Shown: positions 50,985-61,160 of the stretch, one piece after another | Position numbering within the stretch: the first letter of the stretch is position 1 | Layout of the letters: every line of letters begins with the position of its first letter | Notes under the pieces: model-generated | The model's input: the letters and a program-made list of their open reading frames with translations, nothing else | Told to the model about the DNA's origin: nothing | The model's database searches: none | Translations under genes and position numbers: made by a program | From: Gemmatimonadales bacterium UBA7835 | Lineage (GTDB): Bacteria > Gemmatimonadota > Gemmatimonadetes > Longimicrobiales > Gaopeijiaceae | Direction: 5' to 3' | Assembly (NCBI GenBank): GCA_002500925.1 | Contig: DLTN01000123.1 | Span: 5,291-69,290, forward strand | DNA length: 64,000 bases

Positions 50985-53900
50985 ATGGCGCTGACTCGAC
51001 TCTCCCCAGGAGATTCAACTCTCGAACGAAAACTCGCGCGAGCTATTGAGGGCGAGGTCCGCTTTGATCGTTTGACACGCGGCCTGTACTCGACCGACGC
51101 GTCGCATTATCAAGTGGAGCCGCTCGGTGTAGTCTTTCCCCGCTCAGTCGGCGACGTCCAGGCCATCCTCGAAGTCGCACGCTCCAATGATGTTCCGGTG
51201 CTTCCCCGAGGTGGTGGGACATCTCAGTGTGGTCAGACGATCGGCCGAGCTATAGTGCTCGATACCCATCGACACCTAAACGGCGTGGGAACAGTAGAAG
51301 CACTCGGCTACGGCGAAGAATCTGGCATTGGATCCCAGGCCTCCTTTTCAGGCCGTATTGATGTAGAGCCCGGTGTCGTACTCGACCATCTGAACGCGGC
51401 TCTCACCCCTGGCGGCATCTGGTTTCCCGTAGACCCTTCGACGGGCAGCCGAGCCACGCTCGGTGGGATGGCAGGAAATAACAGCGCCGGATCGCGATCA
51501 ATCCATTATGGGATGATGGTAGATAACGTGATCGACCTAGAAGTCATCCTCGCAGACGGGCGACGACTTTGGCTTGGCGACTCGGTCAGAACCGGTTGTG
51601 CCGACATCATCGCGGTAGAACGAGAGCGACTTCAGAGCCTCTATAGGAGTAACGAAGAAGAAATCCGTAAACGACAACCGCGAACGATGCGTAACGTCGC
51701 CGGATACAACCTGAACCGCATTGGCCCTGGCGCAGAGGCGCTGGCAAGGCTCCTGGTAGGGTCAGAGGGCACGCTCGCCTTCTTCTCGAAGCTTAGGCTG
51801 GGGCTTGCCGAGCTACCCAGAAAACGCGTTCTCGGTCTGTGCCACTTTCCGGACCTCATCCAAGCGTTGGACTCAGTCCAACACTTGGTCTCACTGGGCC
51901 CCTCCGCAGTAGAACTAGTCGACTCCAATGTCCTTACACTTGCTGCTGGGATACCAGACTTCCGATCTACCATTGCAAGGTTCGTCCGCGGCACTCCAGG
52001 AGCGCTTCTGCTCGTCGAATTCTCCTCGCCTGATCCAGGAGCGGAGTTGGAAAGAGAGCTAGGACACTTAGATGGCCTCATGACCGAAATCGGATATCCC
52101 TCATCCGTGACGAGTGCGATCACATCCGCTGAGCAGGCTGCTATCTGGAATGTAAGGAAGGCCGGACTGAACATTGTGATGTCTATGGCTGGACATCGAA
52201 AACCGATCTCTTTCATCGAAGACTGTGCAGTGCCACTCGAACATCTCGCCGAGTACGCCATGGAGGTCAACGCGATATTCCGACGTCATGGTACAGATGG
52301 TACATGGTACGCTCACGCTTCCGTGGGATGTCTTCATGTTCGTCCGGCTCTCAACCTTCGAGACCCCGAGGACATCGCACTTGTCCGCCGAATTGCGGAA
52401 GAAACGCACGAGGTAGTGCGGCGCTTTGGAGGGACTCACTCTGGTGAGCACGGCGACGGTATCCTTAGATCTGAATTTCTTCCGGCGATGGTCGGGGAGC
52501 AGGTGACCCGTGCGTATCGGGAGGTCAAAGACACCATGGATCCCCTTGGCATCCTGAACCCAGGAAAGATTGTCGACGCGCCAAAGATGGATGAGCTTTC
52601 GCTCTTCCGGTTCCATCCTCAGTACGATGAACAAAGAGCTGAGAAGGTGCTGCCTACTGTTCTAAGCTGGGAACCAGGAGGCCTACTCGGGGCAACCGAG
52701 CGGTGCAACAACAATGGCGCGTGCAGAAAGACGGACCCGGGTATCATGTGTCCGTCGTTTCGTGCAACCCGCCAAGAACAGCACTCGACCCGAGGGCGGG
52801 CTAACGCTCTCCGATTGGCACTGAGCGGACAGCTCGGAGACAGCGGATTGGATTCCCCCGAGATGGTCGAGGCGATGTCACTATGCATCTCCTGCAAAGG
52901 ATGTGCGCGTGAATGTCCGGCAGGTGTCGACATGTCCAGAATGAAGATTGAATGGCAGCACCGACGAAACAGGGTCACCGGCATTCCACTTCGCGAGCGA
53001 TTGTTGGGTGCCCTCCCACGGATCGCTCCTAGAATAGCAAGGCTATCACGGCTTCTGAACTTGGCCAGCGATCTGCCTGGGAAACGGCTTCTGGGCCTAA
53101 CGCCGAAGCGGCGGCTACCGCGCTGGTCAGAGCAGGCCTGGCGAGACCAAGAACTTGAGTCGGTAGCATCCTCTATCAAATCCGATGAGGAGCAAGGAAG
53201 CGCAGGGATCAAGGCAGACTCGACTAAGCCACAAGTAGCGCTGTTCGTGGACACCTTCTCTAGGTGGTTTGAGCCAGAGATCCCTCGAGCGGCAAAGAAC
53301 CTATTGGAGGCTTCCGGGGCCGACGTTATTCCGCTTCGATCGGAACCCGGGGAGCGTCCTCTGTGCTGCGGACGAACGTATCTCAGCGCAGGCATGGTAG
53401 ATGAAGCAATCCATGAAGCCGAGCGCTTAGTTAATGCAGCACGCAAGATGACATCCGGCGATATCAAGATTGTCGGGCTCGAGCCTTCTTGCCTCTACAC
53501 GCTCCAAGACGAAATACCCGCACTCCTAGACAACACCGAAGCGCACCGACTCGCCGAGCTTTCGGTAACCCTAGAGGATTATCTCGATCAAGCATGGGAA
53601 GAAGGACGAACAATATCTTTCAATAGCCAAGCCTATGAGGGCCCGGACGGAAAACCGCTCCGCATACTCAGACATGGGCACTGCCATCAGAAAGCTTTCG
53701 GAGGTGTTCCCGCAGTGGATCGGATGCTCGCTCGACTACCCGGCGTCGAGGCAACAGCGATTGAATCTGGTTGTTGTGGAATGGCAGGAGCCTTCGGATA
53801 CCATGCTGAGCACTATGAAACCTCAATGGCGATCGGAGAGCTGGACGTCTTGCCTCAGGTGAGGGCAGCGGAAGACGATGTGCGAATCATAGCAGACGGA

Positions 53901-53987
53901 ACTAGCTGCAGAGCACAGATCGAAGACGGGACAGGCCGGAATGCAACCCACGCGGCCATTTTACTCGCCGAAGGACTCGAGACGTAA
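50985..53987 (+). CDS. YdiJ-like FAD-linked oxidase fused to Fe-S/CCG domains (D-2-hydroxyacid dehydrogenase type)
   Basis: FAD-binding PRGGGTSQCGQ, ferredoxin-type CISCKGCARECP, and CCG-type PLCCGRT and SGCCGMAG. About 1000 aa from the ATG at 50985. Confidence 0.85.
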   Translation: MALTRLSPGDSTLERKLARAIEGEVRFDRLTRGLYSTDASHYQVEPLGVVFPRSVGDVQAILEVARSNDVPVLPRGGGTSQCGQTIGRAIVLDTHRHLNGVGTVEALGYGEESGIGSQASFSGRIDVEPGVVLDHLNAALTPGGIWFPVDPSTGSRATLGGMAGNNSAGSRSIHYGMMVDNVIDLEVILADGRRLWLGDSVRTGCADIIAVERERLQSLYRSNEEEIRKRQPRTMRNVAGYNLNRIGPGAEALARLLVGSEGTLAFFSKLRLGLAELPRKRVLGLCHFPDLIQALDSVQHLVSLGPSAVELVDSNVLTLAAGIPDFRSTIARFVRGTPGALLLVEFSSPDPGAELERELGHLDGLMTEIGYPSSVTSAITSAEQAAIWNVRKAGLNIVMSMAGHRKPISFIEDCAVPLEHLAEYAMEVNAIFRRHGTDGTWYAHASVGCLHVRPALNLRDPEDIALVRRIAEETHEVVRRFGGTHSGEHGDGILRSEFLPAMVGEQVTRAYREVKDTMDPLGILNPGKIVDAPKMDELSLFRFHPQYDEQRAEKVLPTVLSWEPGGLLGATERCNNNGACRKTDPGIMCPSFRATRQEQHSTRGRANALRLALSGQLGDSGLDSPEMVEAMSLCISCKGCARECPAGVDMSRMKIEWQHRRNRVTGIPLRERLLGALPRIAPRIARLSRLLNLASDLPGKRLLGLTPKRRLPRWSEQAWRDQELESVASSIKSDEEQGSAGIKADSTKPQVALFVDTFSRWFEPEIPRAAKNLLEASGADVIPLRSEPGERPLCCGRTYLSAGMVDEAIHEAERLVNAARKMTSGDIKIVGLEPSCLYTLQDEIPALLDNTEAHRLAELSVTLEDYLDQAWEEGRTISFNSQAYEGPDGKPLRILRHGHCHQKAFGGVPAVDRMLARLPGVEATAIESGCCGMAGAFGYHAEHYETSMAIGELDVLPQVRAAEDDVRIIADGTSCRAQIEDGTGRNATHAAILLAEGLET

Positions 53988-54085
53988 AAGAGTTTCACCA
54001 ATAGCTCTATGCCATTCTAGTCGAGTTTGAGCACTCAGTAATTGGGGGATCACTTTCCAATCTCACCTCCTGAGAATGGAGTGCA

Positions 54086-54547
54086 CTACTCACGCCAAGC
54101 ATCCATCCAGCGAGTATAGTGAACCACTACTATCCCAGCCCTTTCTAGAATCTCGACACCTGTGGGATCCCGGTACAACTCTCGAAAAAAGACGTACGAA
54201 ATATTCGCTTGAATTATCAGCTTGGCACACACGGCACACGGACTAGCTGTGATGAAGGCAACCTTGTCCCGCAGATGTCCTGGTGACTTTACAAGCGCGT
54301 TCATCTCTGAGTGAATGCATCCACACTTTCCTGCCCTATCCGAGTCACACCTGTTAGGGAAGCCTCGTGCGTTACCGTTGTATCCGATCGCAACCACGTG
54401 TTCGAGACGTGAATCGGTGATGACGGTGCCGACCTGCAAACGAGCACAAGTCGACCTCTTCGCTAGCTCTTCCGCCATACGCATGTAGACCTCGAAGAGG
54501 GGCGGACGGTCCACCGGAACCTCCGCAGTGTCAGCGGTCGAGTGCAT
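54086..54547 (-). CDS. dCMP (deoxycytidylate) deaminase
   Basis: Zinc motifs CIHSEMNAL and PCAVCAKLI. The ATG at 54547 gives 153 aa and avoids overlap with the upstream gene. Confidence 0.88.
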   Translation of the reverse strand: MHSTADTAEVPVDRPPLFEVYMRMAEELAKRSTCARLQVGTVITDSRLEHVVAIGYNGNARGFPNRCDSDRAGKCGCIHSEMNALVKSPGHLRDKVAFITASPCAVCAKLIIQANISYVFFRELYRDPTGVEILERAGIVVVHYTRWMDAWRE

Positions 54548-54627
54548 TTCATTCTCGACTAAATCGCCTTTCACCCTCTTAGCCACATTGAGTGGGTGCA
54601 CGTTTTCCGGCACGCCATCCTTAAACG

Positions 54628-56100
54628 TCAGCGCCAACGGAGTCCACCCATAAACACACGAGCCTGAAGCGACTCTACCGGTGCCCAAGCATCTGTCAGT
54701 GGAGTCCCCGCCGCAGGCACCGGCGATACGACCCATGACGCGTCTAGCGGATCGAGCACAACTTCAGACTCCGCCCCCAGCACAATAAGGTTTTGAGTTG
54801 CCTCCGGATCGCCTGAAGACTCCGTCATATAAATTCGGGTCGCAGGAAAAACAGATTCGAGTGTGGTTCGAAATCGAGCCAAGAAAGCGGTGCCCTCTCC
54901 CGCTAGAGGTGAAAGAATGTTCGCCATAAACACACCTCCAGTCTCAAGTCGTGCTCGCATGTCAACCAGCGCTTCTCGTGTGACCATCGTCCAGGGGACC
55001 GTCAAGAGATGATCAAAGACATCGAGATAGACGAGGTCATAACGGGTACTCCCAGAACGCAGAAACGTCCTCGCGTCTTCATGTTGCACCCTGATAGCGG
55101 GTCGTTCTCGCTCACCGAACGCGAAGTACATTTGCGCTAGCTCTGTCACCTTTGGATCAATCTCCACCACCACGATCTCCATTACCGGGCGCGCCTCCTG
55201 CATCGCGACTGGTACGGTGAGAGCAGCACCCCCGAGCACTAAGGCACGATCGACCTGGTCTATCCACAGGTTCAGCATATCCAAACTCGCCGAAGCATAC
55301 ACATGGGCGGGAGCGCCAGAATCAACGAACTCAGCCGAAGACGAGCCTCCATTCTGCCATAGCTCCCTAACGATCCGGCCATCCGTCCAAGGCCGCTCAG
55401 TTACTGCCACGGCCGTGTATAATGTCTGCCCCGCATAGAGCGTATCAGGCGGCGACCCGGAAGCTAGCACCCCGAGGATTGGAAGTCCGATTACCGCCAC
55501 TAGGGTTCGGCCGCGTTGCGATCGCCCACCTAATATCCTTCTGGATGCAGCCGCCATCAGCATTAGTGCTCCGGCAGTAACACCGAGGAGGACCGATAAC
55601 GGCATGATTGGGAGCAGAAAGAAACCGGTCACAAACGATCCTATGATCGATCCAGCTGTCGCAGAGGCACTTATATCCCCCGCCCGTCGTCCAACAGAGT
55701 CCAAATCGTCCGTATCGGCTTGAACTAAATATGGGACTACCGCCCCCAAACAAAGAACAGGTGGTGCGAAAAGCACCAAGGCACTAACTAGCGCGCCAGG
55801 TATAAAACCAAAGATTTCGCGAGCCAGCCACGGGAAACTTGACCCAATGACAGGAAGGACTCCCGTGATCGAAGCTGTCGCGAGCACGCTTGAAAGTGGC
55901 ACCCGACCTGCATCCGCCAGTCGGCCACCTATATGATTCCCAGCAGCGAGCGCCGTAAGAATGACACCAATGACGGCAGTCCAAGGCACTACCGAAAGCC
56001 CAAATACCGGCGCAATCAGGCGAGCCCCTGCAATCTCTATTGCAAGAACCGCAAAACCCGACCCGAATGCGAGGGCGAAGAATCCGAGGCGTCGTGACAT
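54628..56100 (-). CDS. Membrane-anchored spermidine synthase-like aminopropyl/methyltransferase-fold protein
   Basis: An N-terminal multi-TM region is followed by a SpeE-like fold (VLGGAALTVP, VVVEIDPKV, YDLVYLDVFD). Start ATG at 56100 (MSRRLGFF). Confidence 0.75.
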   Translation of the reverse strand: MSRRLGFFALAFGSGFAVLAIEIAGARLIAPVFGLSVVPWTAVIGVILTALAAGNHIGGRLADAGRVPLSSVLATASITGVLPVIGSSFPWLAREIFGFIPGALVSALVLFAPPVLCLGAVVPYLVQADTDDLDSVGRRAGDISASATAGSIIGSFVTGFFLLPIMPLSVLLGVTAGALMLMAAASRRILGGRSQRGRTLVAVIGLPILGVLASGSPPDTLYAGQTLYTAVAVTERPWTDGRIVRELWQNGGSSSAEFVDSGAPAHVYASASLDMLNLWIDQVDRALVLGGAALTVPVAMQEARPVMEIVVVEIDPKVTELAQMYFAFGERERPAIRVQHEDARTFLRSGSTRYDLVYLDVFDHLLTVPWTMVTREALVDMRARLETGGVFMANILSPLAGEGTAFLARFRTTLESVFPATRIYMTESSGDPEATQNLIVLGAESEVVLDPLDASWVVSPVPAAGTPLTDAWAPVESLQARVFMGGLRWR

Positions 56101-56105
56101 GATGG

Positions 56106-56633
56106 CTAGGATAGTCGGGTAGCCGAACTCATCACGTCCAGGATCTCTATGAGAGTCGTGCGCCCCCGATCCCTGGCGTACCAAGCTCTGATCACCTTAT
56201 ACCGATCAGCCGAAGACATCGAAAGTCCTTCGGCGCGGACCCAAGATTGGATCTCTGTAGGTCGAGGGCCCCACCAACCGATCTCTTTGAAATGTTCGTC
56301 ATAGAATATCACGATCGGAATTGACCGGCTTCGTCCGTCGCTCAGATGAGTATCCATGAGGTCCGGATTATCGTCCCGACCCAAGACACGAAGATCCCAA
56401 CCCACGCGCTCAGCAAGTCGCGCGATCACGGGAAGCGTGTTCACAGCGTCTCCGCACCAGTCCTCGGAAAGTGCTAGGAGGTTCCACACTCCACTAGTCC
56501 TCATTGCCTCTTCAACGACTTCCACCGGCAACCGAGCTCTCTCATACACCGCGCGCCACATATCACGATGTTCTTTCGCACTATCGAGAAACTGAAGGAA
56601 TGTGGACGCGTCATCGAAGCGTTTTTTGTTCAC
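56106..56633 (-). CDS. Thioredoxin-fold family protein
   Basis: LALSEDWCGDAVNTLPV and SIPIVIFYD patterns indicate a thioredoxin-like fold with a single Cys in place of CxxC. Confidence 0.6.
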   Translation of the reverse strand: MNKKRFDDASTFLQFLDSAKEHRDMWRAVYERARLPVEVVEEAMRTSGVWNLLALSEDWCGDAVNTLPVIARLAERVGWDLRVLGRDDNPDLMDTHLSDGRSRSIPIVIFYDEHFKEIGWWGPRPTEIQSWVRAEGLSMSSADRYKVIRAWYARDRGRTTLIEILDVMSSATRLS

Positions 56634-56829
56634 GTAGCCTTTCCGGGATTTCGCATCGCTTCACTTGTCATGCACTGCCACGACACCCTGATGGCTCTTT
56701 TCATCGCGAAACACTCTAGAGTTCCAAATCGTCGTGCACCAATTCTGCTGAAATCTCACTGACCCCCGTCAACCTAGAGAGCACACCTGGCTCCACACTT
56801 AAGCGCTTACCTCTAATTAACACAGGGGC

Positions 56830-58677
56830 TCAGCTCGACTGGCTTGCCTTCTTAGCGGCCTTTTTTCTCTGATTAGGGTCCAGAATCCGCTTCCGAAGTC
56901 GAATCGCATCTGGCGTAACCTCAATCAACTCGTCGTCTTCGATAAACTCAAGAGCAAGCTCAAGTGTAATCTTCCTGGGCGGCTCTAGCTTAATATTCTC
57001 ATCCGAGGCTGTAGTTCGCATATTGGTGAGCTTCTTTTCTTTACTGACGTTTACATCCATGTCGTCGGTTCGGACGTTCTCCCCCACAATCATTCCCCCA
57101 TAAGTTTCGTCTCCGGGGCTCACGAATAGGGTGGCGCGCTCTTGCAAGCCAAACAGAGCGAAGCCGACCGCCTTTCCGGGCCGATCCGCGACCAGGACCC
57201 CGCGGGTTCGCCCTTTTAGTGGGCCCGCCCAGCCACCCCAGTCTTGAAAAGTATGATGAAGAATGCCTTCGCCGCGTGTGTCTGTCATGAACTCAGAACG
57301 GTACCCGAAAAGCCCCCTCGCCGGAATCTTGAAACGAAGCCTCGTAGTACTCGATTCCCCCATCGGCTTCATCTCCGTCATCGCACCCTTCCGCGAGCCA
57401 AGCTTTTCTATAACCGCCCCTACCATCTCAGACGGAACCTCGATCACTGCCTCTTCATATGGCTCCCGTAGCTCTCCGTCTTCGTCTTTGCGCGTGATCA
57501 CTCGAGGCCGGGACACCTGGAACTCATACCCCTCTCTCCGCATAGTCTCCATGAGAATCGTGAGGTGTAACTCACCCCGGCCACTTACAGTGAATGTATC
57601 GGGCTGCTCCGTGTCTTCCACACGAAGTGATACGTTTCGCTCAAGTTCCTTGTAGAGTCGCTCCCGCAGTTGGCGGGTCGTTACATACTTACCCACCTGC
57701 CCTGCAAACGGGGAATTATTAACCGTGAAGTCCACGGAGAGAGTCGGCTCTTCAACAGCGATCCCTCTGAGTCGTTCTCTATGTTCGGGGTCGGTCACGG
57801 TCTTGCCAATCTCGACGCCCTCTAGTCCCGCCAATGCCACTATGTCTCCGGCCTCAGCTTCCTCAACTTCAATCCGCTCCAAGCCACTAAACGTGTACAG
57901 CCTTGAAACCCTTGCTCGCTCTGATGCCGAGGAGTTCTTAACCATCCCAGCACCTCCTAAGTCCAGGAGCATCACCTCCTCTCCTACTCGGACCGAACCC
58001 CGCTCTACCCGACCAATGGCGATTCTCCCCACATATGCTGAGTGGTCGAGCGTGGACACGAGCATCTGAAACGGTCCGTCCTCATCTACCTTCGGCGGCG
58101 GGAAGTAGTCGACGATTGTATCAAATAGCGGGGTCAGATCAACACCCGGTTTGTGAACATCGTACGACGCCCAACCCGCGCGACCCACAGCATAGAGAAA
58201 AGGTGCGTCTAGTTGCTGGTCAGTCGCCTCAAGGTCCATGAAGAGTTCAAGGACCTCGTCATGAACCTCATCCGGCCTCGCATCTCCGCGATCCACTTTG
58301 TTGATCACAACCAGAGGAAGCAGGTCCAGTTCCAAGGCCTTGCGGGTCACAAATCGAGTCTGCGGCATCGGCCCCTCCGCAGCGTCTACCAACAACACGA
58401 CTCCGTCTACCATCCGAAGGACCCTTTCAACCTCGCCACCGAAGTCGGCGTGGCCCGGCGTGTCGACAATATTGATCTTCACATCGTTCCAATGGACGGC
58501 GGTGTTCTTAGCGAGAATGGTTATCCCCCGCTCTTTCTCAAGCGGATTCGAATCCATCACCCGCTCCTCAACCGCCTGATTTTCGCGGAAGATTCCCGCT
58601 TGACCGAACATCTGGTCGACTAAGGTGGTCTTCCCGTGGTCAACGTGCGCGATGATCGCGATGTTGCGAATAGCCAT
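56830..58677 (-). CDS. typA: Translational GTPase TypA/BipA
   Basis: [31 protein letters not shown] and NKVDR motifs. 615 aa. Confidence 0.96.
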   Translation of the reverse strand: MAIRNIAIIAHVDHGKTTLVDQMFGQAGIFRENQAVEERVMDSNPLEKERGITILAKNTAVHWNDVKINIVDTPGHADFGGEVERVLRMVDGVVLLVDAAEGPMPQTRFVTRKALELDLLPLVVINKVDRGDARPDEVHDEVLELFMDLEATDQQLDAPFLYAVGRAGWASYDVHKPGVDLTPLFDTIVDYFPPPKVDEDGPFQMLVSTLDHSAYVGRIAIGRVERGSVRVGEEVMLLDLGGAGMVKNSSASERARVSRLYTFSGLERIEVEEAEAGDIVALAGLEGVEIGKTVTDPEHRERLRGIAVEEPTLSVDFTVNNSPFAGQVGKYVTTRQLRERLYKELERNVSLRVEDTEQPDTFTVSGRGELHLTILMETMRREGYEFQVSRPRVITRKDEDGELREPYEEAVIEVPSEMVGAVIEKLGSRKGAMTEMKPMGESSTTRLRFKIPARGLFGYRSEFMTDTRGEGILHHTFQDWGGWAGPLKGRTRGVLVADRPGKAVGFALFGLQERATLFVSPGDETYGGMIVGENVRTDDMDVNVSKEKKLTNMRTTASDENIKLEPPRKITLELALEFIEDDELIEVTPDAIRLRKRILDPNQRKKAAKKASQSS

Positions 58678-58734
58678 GGATCTTCAGACACGGGCGTTCA
58701 AGTGGGCAGCACAGAAAGCTAATCGAGCCTTGCC

Positions 58735-58777
58735 GTCCACAGTACTGGGGGGACCTGATCACCCCCGTACTGTGGAC
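58735..58777 (-). terminator. Strong hairpin between the Wzz-like gene and typA (terminator or leader structure; no clear U-tract)
   Basis: GTCCACAGTAC(T)GGGGG pairs with CCCCCGTACTGTGGAC. That is 16 bp with one bulge and a 10 nt loop. Confidence 0.45.
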
Positions 58778-58829
58778 CTCCTTCGCAAGCATGAGACCCC
58801 TAACGCTAGGTCACAGATCAAGCGCTCCG

Positions 58830-59894
58830 CTAATCCCCTCGGTCACCCAAGAGAGGAACCCCACGCACTGCTGCATCCCAACTCTCCTCAAACTCAGCAC
58901 GCGCAGGATCGCCGGTCCTTGGTCGCCGAATCGCCTCCGAAACAAACGCCAGCATGATACCGATCATGCCACCGATCATTGCACCCAGGACGGTCATGAA
59001 CACAAGCCGCCGTGGATCGTTGAGAGGCGGGAAGAATGGGCTCTGGAGTACTGTAATCACAGGCGTGTCACGAACCTCGGTGATTCGGGCCTGCTCATAA
59101 GACTGCACCATCGTCGTCAGTACAGATTGGCGGAGCCCTACCTCCCTTCGTAAACCATCGTGCTGGAAAGTCAACATAGGAGAGTTTTCCCACTGACGAT
59201 TAGTCTCAAGGAATGACCGGAGATTGCCCTCGGCCTCCTCCAAGTTGGCCTCAGCCTCCTCCACACGTGTCTCTATGAACACACGTTCAGAAGCAGCCTG
59301 GGACTGACGTGTATCCATATTGAACAGGGCTACCTCTGTAAGTAGCTCTTCCGCGATTTTCACCGACAGATCCGGCCACTCCGTCTTGACCGAGACCGTT
59401 ACCGTTCCTGTCTCTCGACTGGTCGAAACAGAAACAGCCTCTGTTCGAAGCCACTCTAGGACTTCTTCATCCCTGAGCGCTTCACTGTCCTCATCTATCT
59501 CGAGCAGGTCTTTCAGCTTTAAGATGCCCACTTCGTGCACAGCGAAAGGTTCGTCAGATACACTCGTCAGAATCTCTCTAGAAACAAGTAACTCCTGATA
59601 GAACTGCGGACTTGCTTCATCAGCGACCCCTCCCCCGACATTCACGCCAAGCTGGCCCGCCAGCGCCGCTAGCTGTGAGTTTCCGCCTTGCTCCGATCCC
59701 TGCGGCCGGAACGCTGCGCTTGTCGTGTAGGTCAGAGGTTGAACAAGTGCATAGACTGCGGCTAATGCACTCACAAATAGGGTGAAGACCACGACCGTTC
59801 CCCTGCGACGTACAAGGACCGCCATGATCTCCCAAAGAGAGATCTCGCCGTCGTTGGTCTTTCGAACGGGTGTTAGCGTTTCGAAGTCGGACAT
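58830..59894 (-). CDS. Polysaccharide chain-length determinant (Wzz/GumC-like) protein
   Basis: An N-terminal TM helix, then PLTYTTSAAFRP, a long coiled-coil region and a C-terminal TM helix (LGAMIGGMIGIMLAF). Confidence 0.75.
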   Translation of the reverse strand: MSDFETLTPVRKTNDGEISLWEIMAVLVRRRGTVVVFTLFVSALAAVYALVQPLTYTTSAAFRPQGSEQGGNSQLAALAGQLGVNVGGGVADEASPQFYQELLVSREILTSVSDEPFAVHEVGILKLKDLLEIDEDSEALRDEEVLEWLRTEAVSVSTSRETGTVTVSVKTEWPDLSVKIAEELLTEVALFNMDTRQSQAASERVFIETRVEEAEANLEEAEGNLRSFLETNRQWENSPMLTFQHDGLRREVGLRQSVLTTMVQSYEQARITEVRDTPVITVLQSPFFPPLNDPRRLVFMTVLGAMIGGMIGIMLAFVSEAIRRPRTGDPARAEFEESWDAAVRGVPLLGDRGD

Positions 59895-60030
59895 CGGGAA
59901 ATGGAGTAGGGCCTAACCGAACGCTATGTAAGCGTCCGATTACGGTGGTGTATACGGCCAGATTATCGCAGTCGTTAGTGTCAACAGCAAGCAACTTCTT
60001 ACAAGCGGTGAGCTTCCTCGGGCACCAGAG

Positions 60031-60054
60031 ACTGACTGACTGACTGACTGACTG
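60031..60054. repeat. Tetranucleotide microsatellite (ACTG)6
   Basis: Six perfect tandem ACTG units read directly. They are intergenic, 137-160 nt upstream of the Wzz-like start codon. Confidence 0.95.
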
Positions 60055-60147
60055 CTGAGTTGCTAACTGATCATTTAACGCAAACCGATCTCCGACCATT
60101 GTCTTTTCCGAGTAGGTCAACTTGGCCGTTACATGGCTCGCATCCAG

Positions 60148-61131
60148 TCAGTCTCCCATAACCCAGGAGAAGATCAAGGGCGCCACTATAGTTGCATCCG
60201 AATTGATCTCAAATCTTGGTGTCGAGGGTGAAAGCTTCCCCCACGAGATCTTCTCATTCGCGGGCGCTCCGGAGTACCCACCGTAAGACGGCTGTGCATC
60301 CGTGACCTGACAGAAATAGTCCCAATGTGGAACGTCACGACGAAGGTCTTGAATGATGCATGGCACAGCACAAATCGCGAAGTCTCCTGCAATTCCTCCG
60401 CCCAGCTGGAAAAACCCCACTGACGGAGCGTCACCGGCACCGTGGTTCTCCTGATACCACTCGATTAAGGACTCGAACTGCTCCGTTCCCGACTTCACAC
60501 ACGAATGGTCGGGAAGATTTCCCATCATGACATTAGCTGTGAAAATATTGCCCGTCGTGGAATCCTCCCACCCGGGCGCGTAGACCGGAATCCCGGCCTT
60601 CTTAGCTGCGAGGACCCAGGAGTTCTCTGGCGCGATCTGAAAGTGGCTCTCTAGCTCGGGGTCGCAGAGAATCTCGAAGAGGAACTCCGAGGGCATCTTA
60701 CGTTCTTCCAAGGCGGAAGCACGTTTCCAAGAATCGAGAAGACGTCCCTCTATATGACGCATGGCTGTCTCCGGAATGCATGTGTCCGTAACTCGATTCA
60801 TACCCCTTTCGTACAAAAGGCGCTCGTCAACGTCCGACAGGTCACGCCAAGACGGAACTATCTCGTAATCTGTTCCCGCAACCAGATTGAAAACGTCCTC
60901 CTCTAGATTCGCTCCCGTGCACGAAACCGCGTGCACCTTCCCGGCACTGATCATGCGAGCGAGCGAGACACCTATTTCGCCTGTAGACATCGCCCCGGCG
61001 ATTGCCACAAGCATCTTCCCGCCAGCCTCTACGTGTGATTCATACGCCTTCGCAGCTTCTACGAGCTCTCGCGCGTTGAAGTGCAGGTAGTGCTTTGACA
61101 TAAAGTCACGAATAGCGCCCAACTGCATCAC
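60148..61131 (-). CDS. Deoxyhypusine synthase-like protein
   Basis: LVAIAGAMSTGEIG, VSCTGANLEEDVF and FFQLGGGIAGDF blocks are typical of the DHS/homospermidine-synthase-like family. Confidence 0.82.
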   Translation of the reverse strand: MMQLGAIRDFMSKHYLHFNARELVEAAKAYESHVEAGGKMLVAIAGAMSTGEIGVSLARMISAGKVHAVSCTGANLEEDVFNLVAGTDYEIVPSWRDLSDVDERLLYERGMNRVTDTCIPETAMRHIEGRLLDSWKRASALEERKMPSEFLFEILCDPELESHFQIAPENSWVLAAKKAGIPVYAPGWEDSTTGNIFTANVMMGNLPDHSCVKSGTEQFESLIEWYQENHGAGDAPSVGFFQLGGGIAGDFAICAVPCIIQDLRRDVPHWDYFCQVTDAQPSYGGYSGAPANEKISWGKLSPSTPRFEINSDATIVAPLIFSWVMGD

Positions 61132-61160
61132 TCCTCTATGAACCCGATAATTGACTCAGA

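Noticed and set aside
52619-53467. A 282 aa minus-strand ORF inside the YdiJ-like gene
   Set aside because: It is an Arg/Ser/Pro-rich antisense shadow. The plus frame carries the FAD, Fe-S and CCG motifs.
59620-60120. A 166 aa minus-strand ORF spanning the ACTG repeat (it encodes QSVSQSVS)
   Set aside because: It overlaps the Wzz-like N-terminus in another frame. Its composition is Arg/Cys-rich and not protein-like. The repeat is better treated as intergenic.
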